Of a stretch of 45,382 nucleotides of DNA, positions 20,042 through 28,855 are shown one piece after another; the stretch's first letter is position 1; every line of letters starts with the position of its first letter. Below the pieces are notes generated by a model, which saw nothing but the letters and a program-made list of their open reading frames with translations, made no database searches and had not been told where the DNA came from. Source of the DNA: an uncultured Faecalibacterium sp. (GTDB lineage Bacteria; Bacillota; Clostridia; Oscillospirales; Ruminococcaceae); assembly GCA_937917475.1 (NCBI GenBank), contig CALDNF010000001.1:1-45382 (forward strand), given 5' to 3'. The translations under genes were made by a program, and so were the position numbers.

Positions 20042-21322
20042 TTATACCATCGGAAAGCGGACATTTGCCATAATAATAACGGTAATTCCATACAGGAACC
20101 ACAGGGGCAGGCAGGCCAGGAAAACGTCCTTGATCTTGTAGCCGCCAGCACCAAACGCAATGGCAATGGAAGGCGAAGACATCGGAGTCAGCATTGCGCC
20201 GGTGGTGCCACAGGAAATCGCAAGGACCACGCCGCGCGGGTCAACACCACGGCTGACGCAGGTGATAATGGCAAGCGGGATCAAGACATTATAGGTTGCC
20301 GTATTGCTCATGATCTGCGTTAAGGTAGCACCAACAACATAGAATGCAATCATGATGGCCAACGGAGAAGGATCACCGCCCAAAGCCTTAACAATGAGAT
20401 CCGCCACCAGATCGGCCGCACCCGTTTGCTGCATAGCAGTAGCCAGACAAAGCAGGCCTGCCAGCATCATAACAGTATTGAAATCGACAAACTGTTTGGC
20501 CTCTTTCATATTGATGCATCCGAGTGCGCCCAAGATCAGATCCGCAATGATAGGGATAATATACATCGGGAACGGCAGATACGAATTGAAGCAGATTGCG
20601 ATCATCGTAAGGACAAAGACGACATAAATGGTCTTTTCTGTCTTAGGATCGATTTTCTTTTCCGTTTTTGCACGGCTCTCATCGATTTTGGATGCGTCGA
20701 TCTTGATAACCGGGAAATGCTTCCAGCCAATAAAGGCCATGTACAGGAATGCGACCAGTGCCGGAACAAAGACAACTGCGGACTTATCGAACATGGAGAA
20801 GCGCTGTTCTGCACCGTTCGCTTCCATCAAAGCGTTGGCCGTAACAAAGTACGTCAGGCCTGCTCCGATGGGAAGCATTGCCTGAGAAGCATGAGAGCAG
20901 ACTGCACCAGGATACAACAACTGAGAGGGCTGAACGGGCGAGTTTTCATCCAGTGCAGCAGTCAGAGGCAGAAGCATGGCAATAACGCCAAGGGGACTGA
21001 CCAGCTGAGTTAGCAAAATAGAGCCAAGCAGATACAGAAACACGATGGAACTTCCGCTGGTACCTTTGCTCATGATCCAGTTGCGGACATGATCGACCAG
21101 TGAGGTCTTGCTCAGGGCACCTGCCAGAATGAACATGGCTCCTACCATCACAACATTTGTGCTGGCAAAGTTTGCGTAGGCATCCTTAAAGCTCAGAGTA
21201 CCGGTAGCGCACAGAAATGTAGCGCAGAACATTCCGATCCATCCAAAGCTTATTTTGCCGCTCAGAAACATGATCACGACCGCAAGCAGCGTAACAAGGG
21301 TCAAGATCAGGTTAATACTCAT
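20042..21322 (-). CDS. SLC13/DASS-like carboxylate transporter (paralogue 1)
   Basis: Polytopic membrane protein; TQIMSNTAT motif, GVDPR, TPMSSP, GAGGYK. Confidence 0.8.
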   Translation of the reverse strand: MSINLILTLVTLLAVVIMFLSGKISFGWIGMFCATFLCATGTLSFKDAYANFASTNVVMVGAMFILAGALSKTSLVDHVRNWIMSKGTSGSSIVFLYLLGSILLTQLVSPLGVIAMLLPLTAALDENSPVQPSQLLYPGAVCSHASQAMLPIGAGLTYFVTANALMEANGAEQRFSMFDKSAVVFVPALVAFLYMAFIGWKHFPVIKIDASKIDESRAKTEKKIDPKTEKTIYVVFVLTMIAICFNSYLPFPMYIIPIIADLILGALGCINMKEAKQFVDFNTVMMLAGLLCLATAMQQTGAADLVADLIVKALGGDPSPLAIMIAFYVVGATLTQIMSNTATYNVLIPLAIITCVSRGVDPRGVVLAISCGTTGAMLTPMSSPSIAIAFGAGGYKIKDVFLACLPLWFLYGITVIIMANVRFPMV

Positions 21323-21507
21323 TACGATTCACTCCTTTGACTTTTTAACATCGTATTTAATTATATTTTTCTTGAGAGTAATGGACATATTGCATTATTT
21401 TTTGCCGGCAAAGTTTGTAACTATAGTATATTTTATTTCAAATACCTTTTCAATCCGAAAAATCCGATGTATACTATAAGAAAAACAGTTGATACGGAAG
21501 TGACGTA

Positions 21508-22404
21508 ATGAATACAACATCTCAGCAGTATATGGTTGCCCTCGCTCAGGAAGGCTCTATCACAGCGGCGGCTCGTCGGCTGGGAGTTTCCCAATCCGGA
21601 CTCTGCAGCTGGCTGGATAGCCTTGAAGAGCAGCTGGGCATAAAGCTGGTCCTGCGCAGCCGCAAAGGGGTCATTCTGACACCAGCCGGTCAGCTTTATC
21701 TCAATGGTTCCCGTCGGATGCTGGCGGTACAGCAGCGTACCATTGCGGCACTTGCAAGCCTGCGCAATGGAGAACGACCTTTCTTAAAAGTAGCTGGTAC
21801 ACCCGGTGGTGGAGCACAGATCTTTGCACAGATCTTTGGTGCTTTTACAAATCGCTTCCCCACTGTGCAGCTTCAATTCATCGAGAGTTATAATCGAAAG
21901 GCTCTCCAGCTGGTGGAAGAGGGAACCGCAGATTTTGCACTTTGCAGCCTGCCGGATCCAGATGTCTGTCAGTCCACTTGTCTGGTCAAACGGCGTACGG
22001 AATTGGTTGTCTTCTTACCCAATCAGTACCCAATGGGGTATGATGCCTCAAGGGTATATTCTGAAACAGAGCTCCCAGTATTCCCCCTGCAGCAGCTGGA
22101 AGGGATGCCCTTTATGATGCCCGGAGAGGAAATGTCCTACTATCCAGTTTTGCAGCAGCTCTTTCAAAGTGCCGGTGTCTTCCCAAAAGTGATTTTTCAG
22201 AGTTCCAACACCGGGATACTCTATCAGATGGTATGCCGTGGCTGTGGAGCTGCGATTCTTCCCAGAAAAATGTTTTCAGCGACAGACCCTGTATCTCCGT
22301 TTTCTCTGCGTCCTAAATTATATAATCACAGCTGTCTCATCATCCGCAACGATGCAGAAAAGACCCCCGCATGGAATTACCTGCTGGAACTTCTGTCAAA
22401 CTAA
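21508..22404 (+). CDS. LysR-family regulator (tandem copy 1)
   Basis: GSITAAARRLGVSQSGL...LEEQLG..LV.R....LTPAG HTH. Confidence 0.9.
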   Translation: MNTTSQQYMVALAQEGSITAAARRLGVSQSGLCSWLDSLEEQLGIKLVLRSRKGVILTPAGQLYLNGSRRMLAVQQRTIAALASLRNGERPFLKVAGTPGGGAQIFAQIFGAFTNRFPTVQLQFIESYNRKALQLVEEGTADFALCSLPDPDVCQSTCLVKRRTELVVFLPNQYPMGYDASRVYSETELPVFPLQQLEGMPFMMPGEEMSYYPVLQQLFQSAGVFPKVIFQSSNTGILYQMVCRGCGAAILPRKMFSATDPVSPFSLRPKLYNHSCLIIRNDAEKTPAWNYLLELLSN

Positions 22405-22416
22405 GAAGAGGTATTT

Positions 22417-23295
22417 ATGGACGTTCATGCTTTGGAATATCTGCTGATGATCGCAGAAACCGGCAGTATATCATCCGCTGCCGAGCAGGCTCACCTGAGC
22501 CAGCCCGCCATGACACAATGTCTGGCAAAGCTCGAGAAACAGGCCGGATGGCCTCTGTTCAACCGTGTAAATCGCCGTTTGGTGCCCACCCGTGCAGGAG
22601 AGATCTATCTGGATGGAGCAAGGGAAATGGTTCAAATCAAAAATGATACCTATCGTGAAATCGAGCAGCTTCGTTTACGCAGGAACTGTCTAAAAGTTAC
22701 CGGATCGGCAGAAGTCTGTCGGTTACTGACAGAGAAAGTTCTCCCACCTCTGCAGCATCAATTTCCGATGCTGCAGGTAGAATTGGCCGTCGCTACGACC
22801 TATATATCAAAACAATATCTTACAAATGGGTTAGCCGATATTTCGTTTTTATGCTTTGTACAGCCCAGCAGCCTGTTGGAATACACAGAACTTTTTCGGG
22901 ACACACTCTGTCTGGCGGTTCCTAAAAAAATGGTTACGGATGAGATCCGCAGTGCCGGGCTCTCTGCCTGCAACGATTTGCCGTTTATTCTTCCGGACGA
23001 ACAGCAGTTCGGACGAGAACTGGCAGACCGTGTACTGCGCCGGGAAAGGCTCTATCCTCTTGTCTGCTATACAGCAGAAAGCTGGGGTTCTCTGTCCCGG
23101 ATGGCAGATGCCGACTATGGAGCTGCATTGCTTCCAACAAAAAATGCGTCGAACCTGAAAAATTGCGAGATTTTTCCGTTGAATCCGCCCCCCGTTTTCT
23201 CGTTTGCCTGTGCGACAGCACGCTATACAGAGCCAACGCCAGAGGGTAAGGCACTGATTGAGCTGGCCGTTCAGGAGTTTTCGGAATCAAAATGA
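22417..23295 (+). CDS. LysR-family regulator (tandem copy 2)
   Basis: GSISSAAEQAHLSQPAMTQCLAKLE...LFNR...PTRAG HTH. Confidence 0.9.
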   Translation: MDVHALEYLLMIAETGSISSAAEQAHLSQPAMTQCLAKLEKQAGWPLFNRVNRRLVPTRAGEIYLDGAREMVQIKNDTYREIEQLRLRRNCLKVTGSAEVCRLLTEKVLPPLQHQFPMLQVELAVATTYISKQYLTNGLADISFLCFVQPSSLLEYTELFRDTLCLAVPKKMVTDEIRSAGLSACNDLPFILPDEQQFGRELADRVLRRERLYPLVCYTAESWGSLSRMADADYGAALLPTKNASNLKNCEIFPLNPPPVFSFACATARYTEPTPEGKALIELAVQEFSESK

Positions 23296-23303
23296 AACAG
23301 CAG

Positions 23304-23322
23304 GTTTTCATTTTTTGAAAAC
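23304..23322. promoter_or_regulatory. Putative operator, TTTCA-N5-TGAAA type
   Basis: Perfect palindrome GTTTTCA-TTTTT-TGAAAAC. Confidence 0.6.
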
Positions 23323-23370
23323 AGCGACAGAGTGCTTACTCCGTACCGTGTTTTTATGGCAGTTTGTCCA

Positions 23371-23399
23371 TTGTAAAAAAAGCCCGTCTGCTGTATCTT
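23371..23399 (+). promoter_or_regulatory. Orphan sigma70-type promoter
   Basis: TTGTAA-17 bp-TATCTT, 49 bp downstream of the operator core, the same geometry as the two transporter promoters. Confidence 0.55.
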
Positions 23400-23404
23400 A
23401 TAGA

Positions 23405-23595
23405 CAGAAACCAGAGCTCCACACCTCATCGGAGCAGCCGTTTTGCTACCATACATTTCCCCCGTGTTTTTCTTAATTTCCTCCTTGCTTTTCTCCTTAT
23501 TTTTCCTAGCATTGCCATTTTTTCTTCATCAGAGACTTCCTTTTATACAGAACACCCCCGGCAGACACGGCTGCCGGGGGTGTTCTGTATCCTTA
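23405..23595 (+). ncRNA. Candidate trans-acting sRNA with tandem anti-Shine-Dalgarno (CU-rich) motifs
   Basis: Own promoter, 5' hairpin GCTCC/GGAGC, repeated TCCTCCTT/TCTCCTT/TCCCCC/TTCCT motifs, 20-bp terminal hairpin; no credible ORF. Confidence 0.5.
23545..23590. terminator. 20-bp perfect hairpin, probable bidirectional terminator
   Basis: ATACAGAACACCCCCGGCAG / CTGCCGGGGGTGTTCTGTAT. Confidence 0.8.
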
Positions 23596-23602
23596 TTCAA
23601 GA

Positions 23603-24949
23603 TCAACGGACAAGGCACGGCCGCTTATGGTCGAACTTCCATCCGGGGATCAGATACTGCATCGCTTTTGCATCGTCTCGGTCATGAGAAGGCAGCTTTC
23701 CGTACAGGACATTCGCAGCCATGACTCGTTCCATGTTCAAGTGGACACCCAGCCCCGGAGCATCCGGCACCTGCAATTTGCCATTCTTGATCTGCGGTGT
23801 ATCCTCCAGCAGATTCTGACCATCCTGCCAGATCCAGTGCGTGTCCAGCGGAGCAGGTGTTCCAACGGCCGCTGCACCGACTTGGGCAAAGGCAGCCAGC
23901 GTAACATCAAAATGGTTATTGGAATGAACTCCCCACGTCAGTCCCCAGCTATTCAGCAGCTGGCTCATCCGGATCGTGCCATCGAATCCCCAGAAGTGGG
24001 GGTCAGCCAGAATAATATCACAGGAATTCAAGCTGATCGTATGATAGAACTGACGCCAATCGGTAGCGATCATGTTGGTCGCAACTTGAAACTGAGTGGC
24101 ATTCTTGAATTCCCGCATGATCTCACGTCCAGAGAAACCCGCCTCCGGGCCGCAGGGATCCTCGACATAGGTAATAACATCATGCATTCCCCTGCACAGT
24201 TCCACAGCCTCGCTGAGGCTCCATGCACCATTGGGGTCGATGTTTATCCGTGCTGCCGGGAAAGCCTTTTTTAATGCCCGCAGAGCCTCCATTTCTTCCT
24301 GTCCGGAAAGGACACCGCCCTTCAGCTTGAAGTTGCGGAATCCATATTTCTCCTGCAGTGCCTGCGCCTCCTCTACGATTCGCTCGAGCGTCAGAACTTC
24401 CTCACGCCGCAGGCGGAACCACGGGTCAGGGCTAGTACTTTCGTCCAGATACTGCATCTCTCCCGCAGGTACTTTGTTTTTATCCGAAATATAAAACAGA
24501 TAACCCAGCATCTCCACCTCTTTGCGCTGCTGTCCTTCCCCCAGCAGCTGACACATGGGAACGCCCAGATACTGTCCCAGCAGATCCAACATCGCACATT
24601 CGATCGCCCACTCACTTTTAACGACAAATTTTAATTTTGAAATATCCAGCGTCTGGATCCCCTCGCCGTCATCGGCTGTCTGGTGTTGGGCAAGTTTGTG
24701 AATCTTTTGCAGGATCTGCCGGTACGCTGCAATCGGCTGTCCTTCCACAAGCGGCCGGACAAAATTCAGACATTCACAGGTATAGTCTCCTCCGTGTATC
24801 TCACCAATACCTGTGTGATTCAAGCTGTCCGTCAGAATGACAAGATTCCGTGTAAAGCAGGGGGCATGTGCACCTGAGAGGGTCATCAGCATACTGTCAT
24901 AGCCTGCGACAGGAATGACCTGCATTTTCGTGATCACGGGATATTCCAT
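23603..24949 (-). CDS. Glucarate dehydratase family protein, divergent paralogue (GudX/GlucDRP-like)
   Basis: PVAGYDSML..LSGAH, FKLKGG, DPNG, EDP, ATNM, HSNNHFD, DTHWIWQ, KRPCLVR; capping loop differs (QTLDISKLKF). Confidence 0.85.
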   Translation of the reverse strand: MEYPVITKMQVIPVAGYDSMLMTLSGAHAPCFTRNLVILTDSLNHTGIGEIHGGDYTCECLNFVRPLVEGQPIAAYRQILQKIHKLAQHQTADDGEGIQTLDISKLKFVVKSEWAIECAMLDLLGQYLGVPMCQLLGEGQQRKEVEMLGYLFYISDKNKVPAGEMQYLDESTSPDPWFRLRREEVLTLERIVEEAQALQEKYGFRNFKLKGGVLSGQEEMEALRALKKAFPAARINIDPNGAWSLSEAVELCRGMHDVITYVEDPCGPEAGFSGREIMREFKNATQFQVATNMIATDWRQFYHTISLNSCDIILADPHFWGFDGTIRMSQLLNSWGLTWGVHSNNHFDVTLAAFAQVGAAAVGTPAPLDTHWIWQDGQNLLEDTPQIKNGKLQVPDAPGLGVHLNMERVMAANVLYGKLPSHDRDDAKAMQYLIPGWKFDHKRPCLVR

Positions 24950-24967
24950 ATCATTATCCTCCTATTC

Positions 24968-25000
24968 AAAAGGAGCCGGCACGCTCTCGTACCGGCTCCT
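24968..25000 (-). terminator. Intercistronic hairpin with T tail between the gudD paralogues
   Basis: AGGAGCCGG...CCGGCTCCT-TTT on the minus strand. Confidence 0.55.
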
Positions 25001-25022
25001 GTATCAAATCCAGTTCGGCGGC

Positions 25023-26351
25023 TCAGCGCACCAGACAAGGACGTTTGTTATCAAATTTCCAGCCGGGGATCAGGTACTGCATACCAATGGTATCATCCCG
25101 AGCTCCCAAGCAGTTTTCCATATAAAGCTTGTTGGCCTTGAGGATCTGTTCCCGGTCGATTTCAATGCCAAGACCAGGCTTCTTGGGCAGGTCAATACAG
25201 CCATCCACGATCTGCATCGGCTCCTTTGTCAGACGCTCACGGCCCTCCTGTCAGATCCAGTGTGTATCAATGCCATTCATCTTGCCCGGTACAGCAGCAG
25301 CACACTGAACTACCATAGCAAGAGAGATGTCAAAATGATTATTGGAATGGCATCCCCACATCAGACCGAAATCGTTACACATCTGGCCGACACGCACAGA
25401 ACCATTCATCGTCCAGAAATGAGGGTCCGCCAGCGGGATATCCACACTGCGCAGGGAAATACAATGGCACATCTGTCGCCAATCGGTGTCTATCATGTTG
25501 GTCGCTGTCGGCATCCCACTGTCTCGCTTGAATTCCGCCATAATTTCACGTCCCGAGAAGCCATTCTCCGCACCACAGGGGTCTTCGCAGTAGGCCAGTA
25601 CCTTTTTCAGCTCAGGTGCCAGCTCCAGAGACTTTGCAAGGCTCCAGCAGCCATTGGGGTCCAGATCGATGCGTGCATCAGGAAAAGCTTCCTTCAGTGC
25701 CTGAACAGCTTTCAGTTCCTCTTCCGGCTCCAGAACACCGCCCTTGAGCTTGAAGTCCTCAAAGCCATATTTTTCATGGGTTGCTTTGGCCTGTGCCACG
25801 ATAGCTTCCGGGGTCAGTGCCTCATTGTGGCGAATACGGTACCATTCGCAGTCCGAATCTGATTCATCCGTGTAGGGCAGATCTGTCTTTTTCTGGTCAC
25901 CAACATAGAACAGATAGGAAAGGAACCTCACACGCTCCCGCTGAATTCCATCTCCCAGCAATGCGGCGGCGGGCACGTCCAGAAATTTGCCCATCAGATC
26001 CAGAAGAGGGGCCTCAACTGCCGTCACAACATGGACGCCTGTGCGCAGGTCAAAGGTCTGCAATCCACGGACATCGTCTTTGATATTGGCATCCAGCCAT
26101 TTTCTGATTTTATTTAAGGTCTGTTTATAGTCCACAAGGCGAGTACCGACCACCAGATTTTTTACTGCTTCCAATGCTGCAGTGATTTTCTGGCCGCCCG
26201 GCACTTCACCAACGCCCTCTACGCCGTTGGAATCCGTCAGGATCACAATATTTCGAGTGAAGTAAGGCGCATGGGCACCGGAGAGGTTCAACTCCATACA
26301 GTCTGTGCCCGCAACGGGAAAAATTTCCATTTTTTCAATGATAGGGGACAT
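25023..26351 (-). pseudogene. gudD: Glucarate dehydratase interrupted by one in-frame TGA (codon 367, 25251-25253)
   Basis: Canonical [30 protein letters not shown]. Reads DTHWI-TGA-QEGRERLTKEPMQ... in frame through to KRPCLVR. Confidence 0.85.
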
Positions 26352-26368
26352 ATTTTTACCTCCTGTTT

Positions 26369-27889
26369 TCAAGTGATCGGTGCGGGATTGAAAATGCACA
26401 TATCGTTATGGAACCCATACTGGTCGCTATAGGGCTGTCTGGTTCCACTTGCCACATCAAGAATGAAATTATAAATTTCTGTGCCAACTTCGGCAATCGT
26501 TTTTTCGCCTGTTGCTACTTCGCCGGCAGAAATATCGATCAAATCAAACCAGTGTGCTTTCATTTCATTCCGGCTGCAAACTTTGATGACGGGAGAAATA
26601 TCCAATCCATACGGCGTTCCTCGTCCGGTCATAAACACCTGCAGACCAATGCCGGACGCCACCTGCGAAGGCCCGCAAACAATATCCGAAGCTGGGGTAG
26701 CCGCATAAATCAGGCCATGTTTTGTAGGCTTTTCTGCCGGGCTGAGTACCTCTACAATGGGACTGGTACCGCTCTTAGCGATAGACCCCATTGCTTTTTC
26801 CACGATATTAGCCAGACCGCCAGCCTTGTTTCCCGGCGTCGGATTTGCATCACGGCCCACACCGCCGGCCGCAAGATAATCATCGTACCACTTCATTTCC
26901 TCGGCCAGACGGTCCCGAACATGCGCATCCACACAGCGGGCAGCCAGAAGCTGCACACCATCCCGGACTTCTGTAACTTCACTGAACATCACAGTGCCGC
27001 CGCAGCGAACGATCATATCAGCTGCATATCCAGCACTGGGGTTTGCCGTAATGCCGCTGAAAGCATCGCTTCCACCGCACTGCATCCCAATAAGCAAATC
27101 GCTGACAGGAAGTTCCTCTCTGCGACGCTGATTCAGTTTTTGCAGTTTTTTATCGGCCATATCCAAAATGGCCTGCATCATGGCATCATGGCCTGCATAG
27201 TCCTGCAGAGTCAGAACATTTTCCGGCGTGATATCCTCCGGAGGCAGAACACGGTCATACGTCAGCTTTTCACAGCCCAGCCCTACCACCATGATTTCTC
27301 CGCCAAAATTGGGGTGACGGATCAGGTTCGTCACCGCACGGATGGGTGTTTTTGCCTCCGGGGCATTGATCGCCACACCACAGCCATAGGGATGGGTAAC
27401 AGCGACTACGCCATCGACATTGGGATACCGGGGCAGCAGTTCCTTTTTTATACGCTCCACAGCAACTTTCAGCACACCAGCAGCACACTGAACTGTGGTA
27501 ACAATGCCCAGCAGGTTTCGGGTGCCCGCCGGGCCCACCTTGTTACGGTAGCCCATCCATGTGGTGCGTTCCGGCAGGGGCAGTTCTTTGATCGGCTTCA
27601 GGTTCGTTCCGTAAGGGAGGTTGTCCAGCTTGGGGCTTTCGGGCAGGTCCAGCATAAATTCATTGATCCAGCTGCCAGTCGGAATATCTTTCTTTGCATA
27701 CCCCAGCACCACACCATATCGAATGATCTCGCCGCCTTTTGGAATATCAGCAAGTGCAATTTTATGAGCCTGCGGAATGGGATCCAGCGTTTTCAGCCCG
27801 GGCAGAAATTCAGCTCCCGCAGGCAGATCATGGATTGCCACCGCAACATTATCTTTTTCATTGATTTTTACAATAACTCGTTCAGTCAT
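26369..27889 (-). CDS. garD: Galactarate dehydratase
   Basis: N-terminal SAF domain (DNVAVA, HKIAL), [52 protein letters not shown]. Confidence 0.93.
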   Translation of the reverse strand: MTERVIVKINEKDNVAVAIHDLPAGAEFLPGLKTLDPIPQAHKIALADIPKGGEIIRYGVVLGYAKKDIPTGSWINEFMLDLPESPKLDNLPYGTNLKPIKELPLPERTTWMGYRNKVGPAGTRNLLGIVTTVQCAAGVLKVAVERIKKELLPRYPNVDGVVAVTHPYGCGVAINAPEAKTPIRAVTNLIRHPNFGGEIMVVGLGCEKLTYDRVLPPEDITPENVLTLQDYAGHDAMMQAILDMADKKLQKLNQRRREELPVSDLLIGMQCGGSDAFSGITANPSAGYAADMIVRCGGTVMFSEVTEVRDGVQLLAARCVDAHVRDRLAEEMKWYDDYLAAGGVGRDANPTPGNKAGGLANIVEKAMGSIAKSGTSPIVEVLSPAEKPTKHGLIYAATPASDIVCGPSQVASGIGLQVFMTGRGTPYGLDISPVIKVCSRNEMKAHWFDLIDISAGEVATGEKTIAEVGTEIYNFILDVASGTRQPYSDQYGFHNDMCIFNPAPIT

Positions 27890-27924
27890 TGCATTTTCTC
27901 CTTTGACAACGAAATGGATGATCA

Positions 27925-27965
27925 GCACCAAAAGCGCAAGCCGCTTTTTCGACTTGCGCCTTGGT
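27925..27965 (-). other. Intercistronic hairpin upstream of garD
   Basis: CACCAAGGCGCAAG...CTTGCGCTTTTGGTG inverted repeat. Confidence 0.5.
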
Positions 27966-27980
27966 GTTCTGGAAGCTCAG

Positions 27981-28844
27981 TTACTGTTCGGATTTCTCAT
28001 AGATTTCAGGGTAGAATTTTTCAACGGCCTTGGCTCGGTTGATCAGAACGTCTGCCCAGGCGTAATCTGCAATGAACACCGTATAGTCATCCGGATCCTT
28101 GGGGATGTTGGGCAAGATGTTATTCTGGTTAAGATGACTTGCCAGCGCAATATCCACCGGCATCTTGGCCAGCTCGTAGCAGTCTTTGATGAAGCGATGG
28201 GGCAGCTCCGGGTCTGTACCATGCTTGACAACGCCTTCCTTGCTCATCTGCCCCACACCCAGGCCGCCATGCAAAGCGCACTTGTAAGTTTTGCCAGTCT
28301 TTTCGTCGGTATCCTCAAAGAAGAAACTGGTAACACCGGGCGTGTGGCCGGGGCAGAGCCGGAATGTGATGGTGAAGCGGCCCATTTTCAGAGGATGCTC
28401 CATATCATAGAAATTGGTGACAGTGTAGGGCGTAACGTAAGCCGGGAAAGTATCTTCTGCGTGCTTCTGATGCTCCACTTCATCCTCTTTCGACAGCCAG
28501 ATCTCAGCACCCGTCATCTCATGCAGAACACGGGCACAGCAGGAATGGTCCCCATGCCAATGGGTCAGGAAGATCTTTTTAATGTCCATCGGGTCATGGC
28601 CGGAACGCCAGATGCGGTCAATGAGCAGATACAATGTCTCGGGGCATAAGCCGGTGTCAATCAGGATCAATCCTTCTCCGGTGTCCAGCAGGAAGGACGC
28701 CACATTGTCCTGACCACCCACGTTCCAGACATGAGGAGCATTGCGATAAACCGGAATAGCGTGTTCCCAGTGCGTGGACAGTGCTTCTTTGCTCATGCCC
28801 AGACGGCCTTCGGTAGAAGCATAATGAAATTTCTTTTCCATCAT
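27981..28844 (-). CDS. MBL-fold metallohydrolase (B3-like), tandem copy 2
   Basis: LIDTG, THWHGDH (HxHxDH), PGHTPG, ASH; no signal peptide. Confidence 0.88.
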   Translation of the reverse strand: MMEKKFHYASTEGRLGMSKEALSTHWEHAIPVYRNAPHVWNVGGQDNVASFLLDTGEGLILIDTGLCPETLYLLIDRIWRSGHDPMDIKKIFLTHWHGDHSCCARVLHEMTGAEIWLSKEDEVEHQKHAEDTFPAYVTPYTVTNFYDMEHPLKMGRFTITFRLCPGHTPGVTSFFFEDTDEKTGKTYKCALHGGLGVGQMSKEGVVKHGTDPELPHRFIKDCYELAKMPVDIALASHLNQNNILPNIPKDPDDYTVFIADYAWADVLINRAKAVEKFYPEIYEKSEQ

Positions 28845-28855
28845 CTTACTCCCCC

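Noticed and set aside
23364..23724. Hydrophobic small ORFs (23364-23687, 23443-23724) and a basic ~30-aa minus-strand ORF in the lysR-gudD gap
   Set aside because: Composition follows from the pyrimidine tract; no RBS; the plus-strand ORFs run through the terminal hairpin into the antisense of the gudD paralogue. A small peptide cannot be fully excluded.
25023..25217. 64-aa ORF as an independent gene
   Set aside because: It is the in-frame C-terminus of gudD; the AAGGAG upstream is only 3 nt from the ATG and encodes conserved KE.
25251..25253. Selenocysteine or genetic-code reassignment of the gudD TGA
   Set aside because: The homologous residue is Trp, not Cys, and TGA terminates many other genes in the window.
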